A stretch of 64,000 bases of DNA from Pseudogymnoascus verrucosus (lineage: Eukaryota), in assembly GCA_001662655.1 (NCBI GenBank), contig KV460275.1. The stretch is one strand, 5' to 3'. The first letter of the stretch is position 1. Every line of letters starts with the position of its first letter. Positions 21,294 through 32,184 of this stretch are shown here, piece after piece. Under the pieces are notes generated by a model. It saw nothing but the letters and a program-made list of their open reading frames with translations. It did no database searches and was not told the DNA's origin. The translations under genes and the position numbers were made by a program.

Positions 21294-21864
21294 ATGAGCT
21301 TCCCCTCTTGGACACATATAACCCATCATGATGTCTACACACCTATCGACTCTTCCAGCCTTGAGCTATGAGGTAATGGAAATGTGGTCATTGTCTCCGG
21401 CGGCGGGCGCGGCATAGGGCAAGAAACCGTGCTCGCATTTGCCAAATCAGGTGCGAGAGCCGTCACCATCACCAGCCTCAGCGAGAGCGCAATTGGCGCC
21501 GTTACAGGCGAGAACATTAACCTCGGATGCGAGGCGTGCTACTATTCCGCTGGCGCGGCTGACCAGACGCGGATTTAGGAGGTGTTCACATCGACCAAGG
21601 CGAAGAGCAAGATCCCACAGCAGGACATAGGTAAAGATGTTTTGTTATGCTTTCGTTATGGTATTTTGTGTTCCAACGCTGACTTATATCCTTAACACAG
21701 TTGATGTCCTGGCGGGTTTCTCCGTGTGGCCAGCCAGTGCCGAATCCAACTCTGTCCGTGGGAGAATGCTGTGGGAAAGCTGGGATGTGGATGAGTTGAA
21801 TACCAAAACCGACGACATACTGAATGAAAATTTATTAAAGATAGTACTCAGCGGTTTGTCGTGA
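21294..21864 (+). pseudogene. Degenerate short-chain dehydrogenase/reductase (SDR)
   Basis: MSFPSWTHITHHDVYTPID.. is followed by an in-frame TGA (21369-21371), then the Rossmann motif VVIVSGGGRGIGQET. A typical fungal SDR tail follows (RGRMLWESWDVDEL). The central YxxxK region is absent and further stops occur. Confidence 0.8.
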
Positions 21865-22128
21865 ACTTCTTGTGATTGGGTCGTTGTCGTCGTCGCTCGT
21901 TGGTCCGATTTCCGGAAAAATATATCACATCGCGTTGAGCGGCAGCAAAAGTGCAGTTTACTGTGCGCCAAGGAAGTGTGAATCATTAGATAAATTTGTG
22001 GTAAGATATGAGAAGCAAAACTTCGTACAGTGTCGTTGGAACGTCCCCCTTGAGTATTACGAGGTCGCGTACCCTTGCACCTCGCCATCGCACGCTGGGA
22101 GGTTTGAGTTCATCGCCGCACATTGGCT

Positions 22129-24130
22129 TTAAGTCATGACAACTTCAAGGCTGCCATCTGAGCCAGTCGAGCCATTCGAATTGTTAGCTATCGTTCCATC
22201 GTCGCCTGGCCTCTGCAAGGACAGTACGTCGCGAGCGATAGTTTGTATTTCTCCCACCGTTACATGACCAATGGGCCATACCTTTCCTAATACTTTGATG
22301 GCACCTAGACCCAACCTGACGCGATCTCTTGCCGCTTTATATTCGGCGCCCTTCAATTTGAAGCGGCAAGCCGACATTTGAGCTAGTATCAATAATGTCA
22401 AACCGCATATAGCCAGAGGCGAGTGCGTAGTAAATGAGCTTGGTAAGGTAAATAGTCCAGTGCCTGCTTCTGCGGCTTCGAGCACTTTCGTGGTGTGGAA
22501 GTCAAAGGCTCGTTGCTCCTCTTCTACCAGTTTCTCCGATGGTGGATGTGCACATCGAGAGTTACGTTCGACAGAGCCATAAGCCAGCTGGGACCGCGGC
22601 CGATGAAGATAGACCTTAAGCCTATATAAAGTCAGGATCTAATTCCTGGGTTGAATCGTGATCGCCATGAAGAGGAATATAACTCACGTGTTATAAAGCA
22701 TAATGGCATGAAACATAACCTCATCAACCTTCCCAGGATCTTCGACAACGAGCTGCTTCTCTTTTGGGAGGTACATGAACCAATTCATCAGTTTCGCATC
22801 AGCACTGATGACAGCAGGCTCGAAGGTACCCTGAGGTTCCGTCCCCAATGCCAGGATCGAGCCAGCGATGTAGCCCAGATCGACTAAGTAGGCGCAAGAA
22901 GAAAATTTGAGTTCCTCTCCGGCAAATTCACGGGAATTGTACTCTTCCAAAGTGTAGGGTCGTGGTATGTTCTATAACCGGTTAGCAAACCCGTAGCACC
23001 ACCCAAAAAACAATCATGCTTACCCCTGCGTTATAATCGGCATCCTCACAGGGCAGATTGACATCTGATTTGATGTCCTGCAATGCGAACGATGGGCAGT
23101 TCCGAATACCAGCAAAGATGCTATCAGTCAGAAATAAAAACCACCATGTCCTCCTCCAACTTTCAGCCAGTACAGCACTACCCTCTCCATTCGAAGTTGC
23201 AAAGGCCTCCGAGTTCATATTGATGCTAAGAGCTATGCGGATTGCACGATCGAGTATAACACGTGCATTTGTGAATTCATCACAGGAGTGCACCGCAATC
23301 GCAAAGGTTAAAAGAGCCTGAACGGAAAAGCCATTGGCAGGCAGAGAATCTATTAGTAATGGACTCTCCGCCCGTTCCTGCATGGAGCTCCTATCGGAGC
23401 CTTGGTCGAAGAGCGACCCGATAAACTCCAGTACTGGCAGAACATGCTGCAGGGAGTCGCTGTCGGTCTGTAACCGCTGATTCAAAAACTTTTGAGGAAG
23501 GACATAGGGATGAGCATCATGGAAGAAGGCGTAATACAAATCCAAGAGTTTGGATGAGTTTTCTGGCTCTGATATGCACCCCGCTGTGGTTTCATTGGCA
23601 GTACCAACAGGAGAGAGATCGATCGGACTCGTCCTCAAATAGAAGCTGCTGCTCGTGGAATCCATAGAATGCGTAGTCGAGTTCGCGCCACTCGCGGACC
23701 TAGACTGCCGCTCCTCGCTCTCCACCTGCGTTCCTCCATTCGATGAAATCTGGCGTTGCTCCAAGATGGCCAGCTTGCCGCGCCCTCGCCTCGACTCGGC
23801 GTAGACGCACGTTTTGCCACTTCCGATGCACTGTGTGCACGCCGGAGAAATTGCATCACATTTAGTATGACGGCTACGGCATGGAATGCATGCCAGAGAG
23901 ACACGAGTCTTGGGTCGTGGCCGAGAGTCCGTTGAAGACGTTGCGGGGGCTGGAAAGTCTATCGGCGGGAACTGAGAGCCTGAAGCGTTGAATTCAAAGG
24001 GATCATTAAAGTCTGCGGCAGAGAAGTCGTAATCCAGCCCTAATTGGAACAAGGCTACCCTGTTAGCAACCGCGCCGTATTGATCCATGCCGTCTGGATG
24101 GGACCAGGTAGTTAAATCCGGGGTATTCAT
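22129..24130 (-). CDS. Zn(II)2Cys6 transcription factor with fungal TF middle-homology domain; introns about 23023-22972 and 22687-22622; start uncertain (24130 or 24088)
   Basis: ACIPCRSRHTKCDAISPACTQCIGSGKTCVY zinc cluster. Motifs YYAFFHDAHP, ESWRRTWW, LPCED. Splice sites GGG|GTAAGC and CTAAC..TAG. Confidence 0.9.
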
Positions 24131-24924
24131 TTGCCGCCACACTTGATCTACACCGTTGCATACGTTGGAGTTGCAGGCTAGTCTTCGCAATTGAACAGCT
24201 GTTGTGGCCTATATGTCTATATAACCGGAAATTTACAACATATATGCCTGGTAGTGGCGAAGGGACAGAAGGGGGATGTATACGGGATAAGGGATGCAGT
24301 CAGCTTCGTCGTTACGATATTTGGATGACTCTTGGTGCTAATCCTGTTTAGTACTAAATTAATATTCGCACCCCTTAGTGTGGATAGACCCACAATTGGG
24401 TGGTGTAAAAGCTTAGTCATTTTTGTCAATCACAGCCATATTCAGTCGGGTAATTCTTCACTCAGGGTGTGTATAAGACTCTTGGAGTTGTCATATCTGC
24501 AGGCTAGCTGGATTCATAACTCGTAAAAACCTAAAGTTGTGGACTTGAAAATTCTCCAGGGTTCTAATATCCAATATCAGGACATAATAGATACAATAGA
24601 TATCAGTTTCACCATTGAATATTCGATCTCTGGACGCCACCAAAATATGACACTCGAATCATCTCCCGCTGGTGCCTGGGCCGCCTCGGCCGAGGGTCCA
24701 AATGAAAATAAGAGACACATTATTTCAGACCACAGGTTACTAGGAACGTATCACACACGTGCTGGTTTTGAGTTCAATGATTTTATATCCCTACTTTATC
24801 CCGCCAACTCATTCATCCACATGACAATGAGAATCTCTCGCCCAGTATTTCATTTATAGAGCTATATAAATCAACGAAAGCTGCAAGATTTTCTATTACA
24901 CTTGCGAAATCGCTTCAGATTACA

Positions 24925-25519
24925 TCAGACTTCCTTATATGGACTCCCATGGCCATCCTTATGCATAATAACCAATCCATTAGCGCCGGGTTCAAGTATC
25001 GCCATCTCCATCGTCTTCTTGTAAAACTTTATGCAAGGTTCACCCTTCGTGAACAGCATTGCGCGGCGGAGATCAGGCCACGAATCTAGGGTCTCGTTGA
25101 TACATTCCAGCAGCCATCGACCTAGGCCATTCGCCTGATGTTCGGGGATGATGAAGACGTCCGTGAGGTAGGCAAAGCTGGATTCGTCCGTGACGAGACG
25201 GCCGAGACCGATCTGGGTGAGGGAACCACGGCCTAGAGAGGGGTCAGGATGAGAACCGACCGAGTTATGGGGTATAATAAGTTGAAAGAGTAATATTATT
25301 CTACTTACCTGCGATATCGGAAGAGGATTCGGGTAGGATATAGACGCCGAAACAAAGAGACTTGGACAGCATCTTCTTCATTCTGTCTTCGGGCATACCC
25401 TTCGTCCAGTACATGTAGTCCGCATTGAACGCCTTAGTTATAACATCGATCTGGAGCAAATCCTGAGATGTGGAGATGAGGAATTGGTCCTTGTACCATT
25501 CTGTCTTGGTTGCGGACAT
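24925..25519 (-). CDS. GNAT family N-acetyltransferase; exons 25519-25309 and 25232-24925
   Basis: Spliced product contains SLCFGVY, QIGLGRLVTD.SSFAYLTDVFIIPEHQANGLGRWLL (acetyl-CoA motif A) and KFY. Confidence 0.9.
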
Positions 25520-26652
25520 TCTCGATTGAAAAAAAGGCAAAAATTTGTTCGTATGTAATTGACAGCTGGTATTTTATTATCCTCTGTAAATATTGACGAT
25601 ATTGTTCGCCAGCGATATTTATTATATTCCTCGTTGACTCACAGCCTGTGAATCTAGAACAAACTGATACTAGAGTACGAGTACGAGCAGCGTGGATGAC
25701 TCGACCAAAATCGGCACCGGCTGTCACGTGGAAGGTGCGACCAACAAGCCAAAAGCTCCTCGTCGTTCCTTCCCTCCATCGCAACTCTGATCCAGTCGCA
25801 CCTTCCTCTTGGCTTACTTTATCTTTATCTTTATTTTTCACAAAAAAGGAAGGACCGGGAAATCGTGATGTTTCTTGCCCCAGTCCCATTCAACGTCCTC
25901 TCTGGCAGCCGTCGCGCCGCGCAATTGAGAGGAGGATTGCTGGTCTCTGCGAGTTTAAAAGCAGATATATAGGCACCCTATCAAGTAGAATATGTGAAAA
26001 CAATTCTTCATGTTTTCGTGTAACTACTGGAGGAGAAGCCCTGGCACACTGGGAAGTATTAATGGATATTCGAGTCTCGTTTCTCGACCCCGTTTGGCTT
26101 CTTGCGCTCTCCCACTTCGCTTTTCCACAGAGTCTCTGTTGTTTCCTGCACCTTGTCGACAGTTCCAGCATCGCCGTTGCTATTCGGTTGGCAAGGGGCA
26201 TATCTGATTTCTCATCTTCCATCTGTGGCAGTCTTACAGAGAAGAGGCAGAAACAACCCCCTCAAACATCGGCGATTCACCATCCCGTGCAGGCATATCG
26301 TCAGCCAGTTTGATACTATCTCCAAGATACATGATTCGCCGAGACGCCAAGGTGGGCTTAATTCATCATGCTCAGGATCACGATATCGCGGCCTTTCCCC
26401 ATGCGATGGCCGTCACCGCGGGGTATCGCGGGTAGCACGCCATTTGTAGTCTATCATATCGCGTTCTGGCATGGGAGGTCGGCGATTCAATCCCAAAACC
26501 TCCGATGGTATGTCGAAATATTATTTCTATAACTTGACTGCTTTTCCAAGTCTTTGCCCCATTCCAGTTCTCAGTTGTTTTATGCGTTATACCCCCAGAT
26601 TTCAATCTCAAACTTACCAACCTTCACTGTTCATCAACAAATAAACATTATA

Positions 26653-27976
26653 ATGGCAACAACGACCACCACCATACAGGAGTCGACAGGTGAGAGTATC
26701 GGGAAGATAGCCGTAGCTTTTGATGAGAAGGTACATGAAGGAGTAAGTGGCCTTACATAAGATTCCTCAATTCACCGTCGGCTGACATATCATCCCACTA
26801 CACAGTCGAGGTACACAGCATACCTCCCTGTCTATGACAACGAGACCAAGTTTCCGCCTACCCAGCCGTTTGAATTCCGCGATCGCGGGTTGGATGCTGA
26901 CCCTGCCAAACCAAATCTGTTGAAAACAGGTGATCCAAACATCGAGGTCACTAGGCTCACACCTCGAATCGGCACTGAGATTAAGGGGCTACAGCTGTCG
27001 CGATTGAATGACGCCCAAAAGGACGAACTCGCCCTCTTGATTGCAGAACGTGGCGTGGTTGTATTCCGTGACCAAGATTTTAAGGATATTGGTCCAGAGA
27101 AGCAAAAGGAATTTGGCCAGTCATTCGGACCTCTACATGTCCATGTTAGTTTTCCCATATCTAGTCTAATATTGGCTTGCTAATCGGATTAACGCAGCCC
27201 GTTGGTGCACATGTTGAGAATCATATTGAATTTCACAGCATTTATCTCGGGTCTGATAACCTCTATCGTGCTCAACAACGCTCGAGCAAGTTAACAACTA
27301 CGGGATATCACTCTGATGTTTCATATGAGCACCAGACCCCAGCAATTACAATCCTGACACTCCTCGAGGTTCCATCCACTGGGGGGGACACGGGATGGGC
27401 TTCACAGGTGGTGGCATATGAGAGACTATCAGAGCCCATTAAAGTATTGCTAGAGGGCTTGCGTGCTGAGCATAGTGGCCATGAGCAAGCTGCAGGAGCC
27501 ATACGTGACGGGAAAACCGTGCGGAGAGAGCCCGTAAAATCTCAACATCCGATCGTCAGAGTTCACCCCGTAAGTTCCATTAATATTCCAAATGTATCCA
27601 GTTGGAAACTAACTCGTATTCAGGTCACCAGACAAAAGGCGCTCTTCGTCAACCCAGGCTTTACCAGGCGCATCGTAGGCTTGAAGGATGAGGAATCGGA
27701 CGCCTTGCTGAAGCTTTTATTCAAGGTATTTTGTGCAGCACCAGCAAATCATTAATACTGACACTACTGTAGCATATCTCGCAAGGTCAAGATTTCCAAG
27801 TCCGTGTGAGATGGGATGACAGGACGGTTTCTCTCTGGGACAATCGAGTGACCGCTCACACTGCGATCTCAGATTACGACGTTCATAACCCCGAGGAAGG
27901 CTTGCGCCATGGGTTTCGAATTACAACCCTTGGAGAGAAGCCAGTGGGCGTCAATGGATTGGAGTCTACGTGGTAG
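26653..27976 (+). CDS. TauD/TfdA family Fe(II)/2-oxoglutarate dioxygenase (Jlp1-like sulfonate dioxygenase); about 4 introns
   Basis: Motifs LTPRIGTEI.G, ERGVVVFRDQ, HSDVSYE (HxD), GGDT.W, HPIVRVHP, LFVNPGF, WDNRVTAH. Short introns near 26730-26805, 27146-27198, 27570-27623 and 27726-27772. Confidence 0.92.
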
Positions 27977-28450
27977 ATTTATATTTTAATGATTTCTATT
28001 TTGATGGGGCATATACTGATCTGTGGTTTCGTCCATTTTTTAACCGCAACTACACAGGCATGCGATTTGTCATACATTTAGACACTGTCAATATGATAGG
28101 ATATTATCATTCTTCGCTATTTTTATAATGAACATTACTGCAGGTATTCGGCGTGACACAACTCACAGTTTCCCCTGATATAATTGCCAAGAATCACGTG
28201 AAATAGAAGTGGGCGCAGCAAGTTTACGGATTCCGTGACTCACGCCGAACAATTCTGTTGTCTTGAATATAAGCGCAAATAAGAACCCAGAGAAAAACTC
28301 ACACTGGAATCTATTTACTATTATATATATGCTTATTTGTTGCCATAGACTAAGGTTGTGCGCGAATATCTCCACCACGGCCAAGGCACAAGAGGCCAAT
28401 CTTGCCGATAAACGAAACAACCCAAGAATTTGTACAGCAACAACTTACAT

Positions 28451-31069
28451 ATGGCGACGATTCAAGAAGCCCGAGGCTCTGTAAGCCTTATCGGTGAGGC
28501 TATTGATATTTTGGCTACTAGCGCAATCCCGGACTTGAAGCGTAAAGTACGGGACTTTCAAATCCAAACAACCCCGTTTCATATCACACTCGTCACGAAA
28601 GATGAGAAACGCAATCTTTCGCCCGCTGCTCTTGCATCTCTAGTTAAGTTTACTGCAGCTAGCGCCTCAGAAATTGGAATCTTTCACCACCTGGGCACTG
28701 CTTGTATAAAAAGGGGCGGCAGCGATGTTGCATTTATCGTCGTTATCTGGGTGTCCGGACAGCAGATTCGGAAACGTTTGGGTCTACCACACAAGGATTT
28801 CCACATTACCCTATCCGCTAATGATAATCACAATATTGATAAAAGTATCGCCTGTCTACGTGTGGGGGAATTTGATGTTCAAAATGCGTCATTGGAATGC
28901 CTGGACCATCTTACATTTACTCTCCATAATGCGGGGCGATATCTCGACGCAAAAGCGTACTCGCAAGAGATTCTATTAAGGGACCCTGAATCATCAAAGG
29001 GATGGCTTCGATTAGCAGATGCGGCTCTCCAACTGGGAGAATTTAAAGTTTCCATGTTGGCATACGCGCAAGCTTGGAAAGCAAGTGAGAACGACAAAAT
29101 GAGTGCGTATACCGTGAAAATGTTACATAAATGCTCTACGGATACCGAATGGGGACACTTGCTGCAAGAAGAAGAATTGACCCAGCTTGAGAGCGTCTCA
29201 AAACAAATAAGACAGCGTTTGTTGACGCCTTGGCCGAATAATCTGCGTGAGTCCATCGCAGATATGGGGGTTCCTCCTTCGCTGTGTCTCGAGCCGCGTC
29301 GGCATCTTTCCATACCAGACAGCATTGGAGTGTTTTCTCTCCCTCGTTTTTTTCGATGGCTTGTGCCTTTCAAAATCGCAGTTATGTCAACGCCACGCAA
29401 CGGACGAGACATCCGGGCATTAAGCTCTGACGGCATTGGAATTAAAACTGTTCTTACTCTTACGGAGGAAGAACCACTGGATCAATCATGGTTTAATACG
29501 AGGATTAAGAATGTATTCCTTCCGATTCGAAATTACTATCCTCCTTCGATTGAGCAGATGGATATCGCCATGCGTATTTTGACAGACGAAGAGAGCCTTC
29601 CAGTTCTGATCCACTGCGGTGGGGGGAAAGGCCGTGCAGGTTCAATCGCCGCCTGCTACATGGCAGCCTGTGGCTTTACTAAGCCAAATCTACAATCCGA
29701 CGACTGGCAACCAGCAATGTCAGCGCAAGATTCGATTTCAAAGCTCCGTGCTATCCGACCTGGGAGCATAGAAACCGAACAGCAAGAGGTCTTCATATCG
29801 AAATGGGTGAGCGTGCTCTGGAAACGACAATCCCTCTTCCCCACCGCAGTCCCTGAGCCACCAGCCTGTCCACTCGATATCACGGGGCAGCTCGACGGCT
29901 CCGTTGATTTCCTCATGCTCGTCGGTATTCCCGGCTCAGGAAAATCATGGGTGGCGAAGTCACTGCTTGCCCGTGACCCACGCTGGACCTACGTCTCACA
30001 AGATGAGTCGAGTCGCTCCGCCTGCGAAACAGCTGTCAGTCGCACAAAAGGGAAACTCATACTCGACCGGTGCAACACGAGTGCCGCGGACCGGAAATTC
30101 TGGCTTCAGCTTGCAGATGCCAAAAACGCGGTGTGCGTACTCTTCGACTACGATACTGAGTTATGCGTGTCGCGCGCCCAACAGCGGGCTGACCACCCCA
30201 CTCTTCCTCCAGGGTCAAGGGTGCTAAATGCGGTGAAGCAGATGACGGAACAGTTTTCTGCGCCAGAGTTTAAAGAGGGGTTTAAGGCAGTGCTCACCGT
30301 GAAGTCCTTTGCGGCGTCTGATGATTTAATCTCTCAACTCTCGCCTACTATTGGACTCCTGAAATTCCCTCGCACAGCCCATCTTATCGACCTTGGTGCC
30401 ATTGGTTCAGATGATATTCTACTCCCCTCTGCGCCTGCACTCTCACCTGGATGCACTGTGGTGATCACAGAAAAAGTCGACGGCGCGAATATGGGATTTA
30501 GCTTGTCTTCAGATCGGCAATTGTTGGTACAGAACAGATCTCATTTTGTGAACTCCAGCTCGCATAGCCAGTTCAAGAAACTCGATTCATGGATGGCAAG
30601 ACATAGGGAGGAATTATTTGGATTATTGAACCAAGACAAGTACTTCCCGCAGCGGTATATTTTATATGGGGAGTGGATGCATGCTGTGCACTCAGTCTCG
30701 TATAATTCTCTGCCTGACAGATTTTTGGCATTCGATCTGTTTGATCGCGGGGAAGGCAAGTTTGTAAACAGAGAGACTTTGGAAACTCTGTTGAGCGGAA
30801 CTGAAATTCATATCACGAGAGTTATGGAAAAGAGGGATACAATACCGACAGATATTGAATTGAGAGCATTGGTACAGAGGCAGTCAGCATTCGCAGAAGG
30901 TAGGGTAGAAGGCGTGGTAGTAAAGATTGAAGATAAGAACTGGGTAAAGTGGAGAGGAAAGGTTGTGCGGGGCGATTTTCTGGCAGGTAACCAGCACTGG
31001 AGCAAGAACATCATGCAAGAAAACGGGATTTTGGTCACCAATATGGAGGAATTAGACATTGCGTCCTGA
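28451..31069 (+). CDS. Multidomain RNA end-healing/sealing protein: 2H phosphoesterase + TPR + DSP/PTP-type phosphatase + P-loop polynucleotide kinase + ATP-dependent RNA ligase ('Swiss-army-knife' type)
   Basis: Intronless, 872 aa. Two HITL motifs (28580, 28802). TPR-like helices (KGWLRLADAALQLGEFKVSMLAY). HCGGGKGR CX5R loop (29612) and RPGSIET. GIPGSGKS Walker A (29924) with ILDRCN. Ligase motifs TEKVDG (Lys at 30473), YGEW, AFDLFD, EGVVVK, GKVV. Confidence 0.9.
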   Translation: MATIQEARGSVSLIGEAIDILATSAIPDLKRKVRDFQIQTTPFHITLVTKDEKRNLSPAALASLVKFTAASASEIGIFHHLGTACIKRGGSDVAFIVVIWVSGQQIRKRLGLPHKDFHITLSANDNHNIDKSIACLRVGEFDVQNASLECLDHLTFTLHNAGRYLDAKAYSQEILLRDPESSKGWLRLADAALQLGEFKVSMLAYAQAWKASENDKMSAYTVKMLHKCSTDTEWGHLLQEEELTQLESVSKQIRQRLLTPWPNNLRESIADMGVPPSLCLEPRRHLSIPDSIGVFSLPRFFRWLVPFKIAVMSTPRNGRDIRALSSDGIGIKTVLTLTEEEPLDQSWFNTRIKNVFLPIRNYYPPSIEQMDIAMRILTDEESLPVLIHCGGGKGRAGSIAACYMAACGFTKPNLQSDDWQPAMSAQDSISKLRAIRPGSIETEQQEVFISKWVSVLWKRQSLFPTAVPEPPACPLDITGQLDGSVDFLMLVGIPGSGKSWVAKSLLARDPRWTYVSQDESSRSACETAVSRTKGKLILDRCNTSAADRKFWLQLADAKNAVCVLFDYDTELCVSRAQQRADHPTLPPGSRVLNAVKQMTEQFSAPEFKEGFKAVLTVKSFAASDDLISQLSPTIGLLKFPRTAHLIDLGAIGSDDILLPSAPALSPGCTVVITEKVDGANMGFSLSSDRQLLVQNRSHFVNSSSHSQFKKLDSWMARHREELFGLLNQDKYFPQRYILYGEWMHAVHSVSYNSLPDRFLAFDLFDRGEGKFVNRETLETLLSGTEIHITRVMEKRDTIPTDIELRALVQRQSAFAEGRVEGVVVKIEDKNWVKWRGKVVRGDFLAGNQHWSKNIMQENGILVTNMEELDIAS

Positions 31070-31114
31070 GACTGATCTTTACAACTTTCTCCCATCTCTA
31101 GCGATAAACCTGGT

Positions 31115-31657
31115 TCACTTCGCTCCCTGTTGCGCCTGAAGCTTTTTCATCTGCGCGCCGACTGCCTCGCGATACTCTTCATCAATGACGACCAGTCCGG
31201 CTGCTCCTTCCTTGTTGACAATCTCGTCCATCTTCTCGGTACTCAGCATAAGCGTGGCGATGATGACGGCCTCCTCCGTCTCCGAGGCGTTATCGCTGAT
31301 GCGGTGTCTGCAGCCAGGAGCCTCGTAGAAGCTATCGCCAGCATTCTTAATTGTCATGGGATCATCGTTCATCTTGTTTAGGACAGATCCGGTCAACACG
31401 TGAACTGCAACGAATGCGCCTGCATGGGTATGAGGTGGCGTGGACCCTCCTGGGGGGAAAGTGACTTTGAGTGCCAGCACGGAATTGCCTGGGGCGCTGA
31501 GGACTTTATAGTGGTATAGGACTTCGAGAGCTGGGAATGGGCGTCTGTCATGTGTCAGTAGCTTGTTTGTCGAACCCCAAGGGACTTGTGAGATAGAGGT
31601 ATCTCACGTTGCATCATATACTGGCTCCTCCCTGTTTGCGACCTTGGAGAACACCAT
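31115..31657 (-). CDS. Cupin-domain protein; intron about 31607-31545
   Basis: Two-motif cupin: FPPGGSTPPHTH and GDSFYEAPGCRH. The upstream exon MVFSKVANREEPVY splices via GTGAGA..CTGAC..CAG. Confidence 0.85.
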
Positions 31658-32184
31658 TTTTGCTGTATTAGAGTAGAATCTGTTGTTTTTTGTATGAGGT
31701 TCTGATGTGTATAATTTGCTATTTCGCTTTGAGGTTGTGGTGTATAACTTGAGAAAATTAGAAGTTATATAAATATCACCTTATATTACAATATAGCACT
31801 CACGTGATGGACCCATTCCAGGTCTAGAACAACGCGGCTTCCGTTTAGGGTATTCGGGGACTGATAGGCTATGCGGGTAGACGCCACACCCGTCGTTAGT
31901 TGGCCACTAAACGACACCGCGCCCCGCTAATTCCGCCTTTAAGAAAGGGCTGGGATTCTCCATTGTAAGCATTCCGGAGTATGGACTTCCAATTGCTCCG
32001 TGGTTACCTAATACCCTAATGCGTAATATAATACCGTCACCACGTAATCATCCCACTTCTTCGATGAGACACTCAAATGCCTATTTGGGTACCTCTGTTT
32101 TCTTCCAATAATCCGACAAGAAGAAGGGTATAATTACTGGTAAGTCAACGCACCTCTGGAATGTTTCACTCAAGCTGAATCTCG

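Noticed and set aside
25648..26449. ORFs of 110-221 aa between GNAT and TauD
   Set aside because: No recognisable motifs, and some begin at non-ATG codons. More likely a divergent promoter, though a gene remnant cannot be excluded.
28451..31069. Calling this gene TRL1 (tRNA ligase)
   Set aside because: The domain order is reversed relative to Trl1, the ligase module is short and C-terminal, and there are extra TPR and CX5R phosphatase domains.
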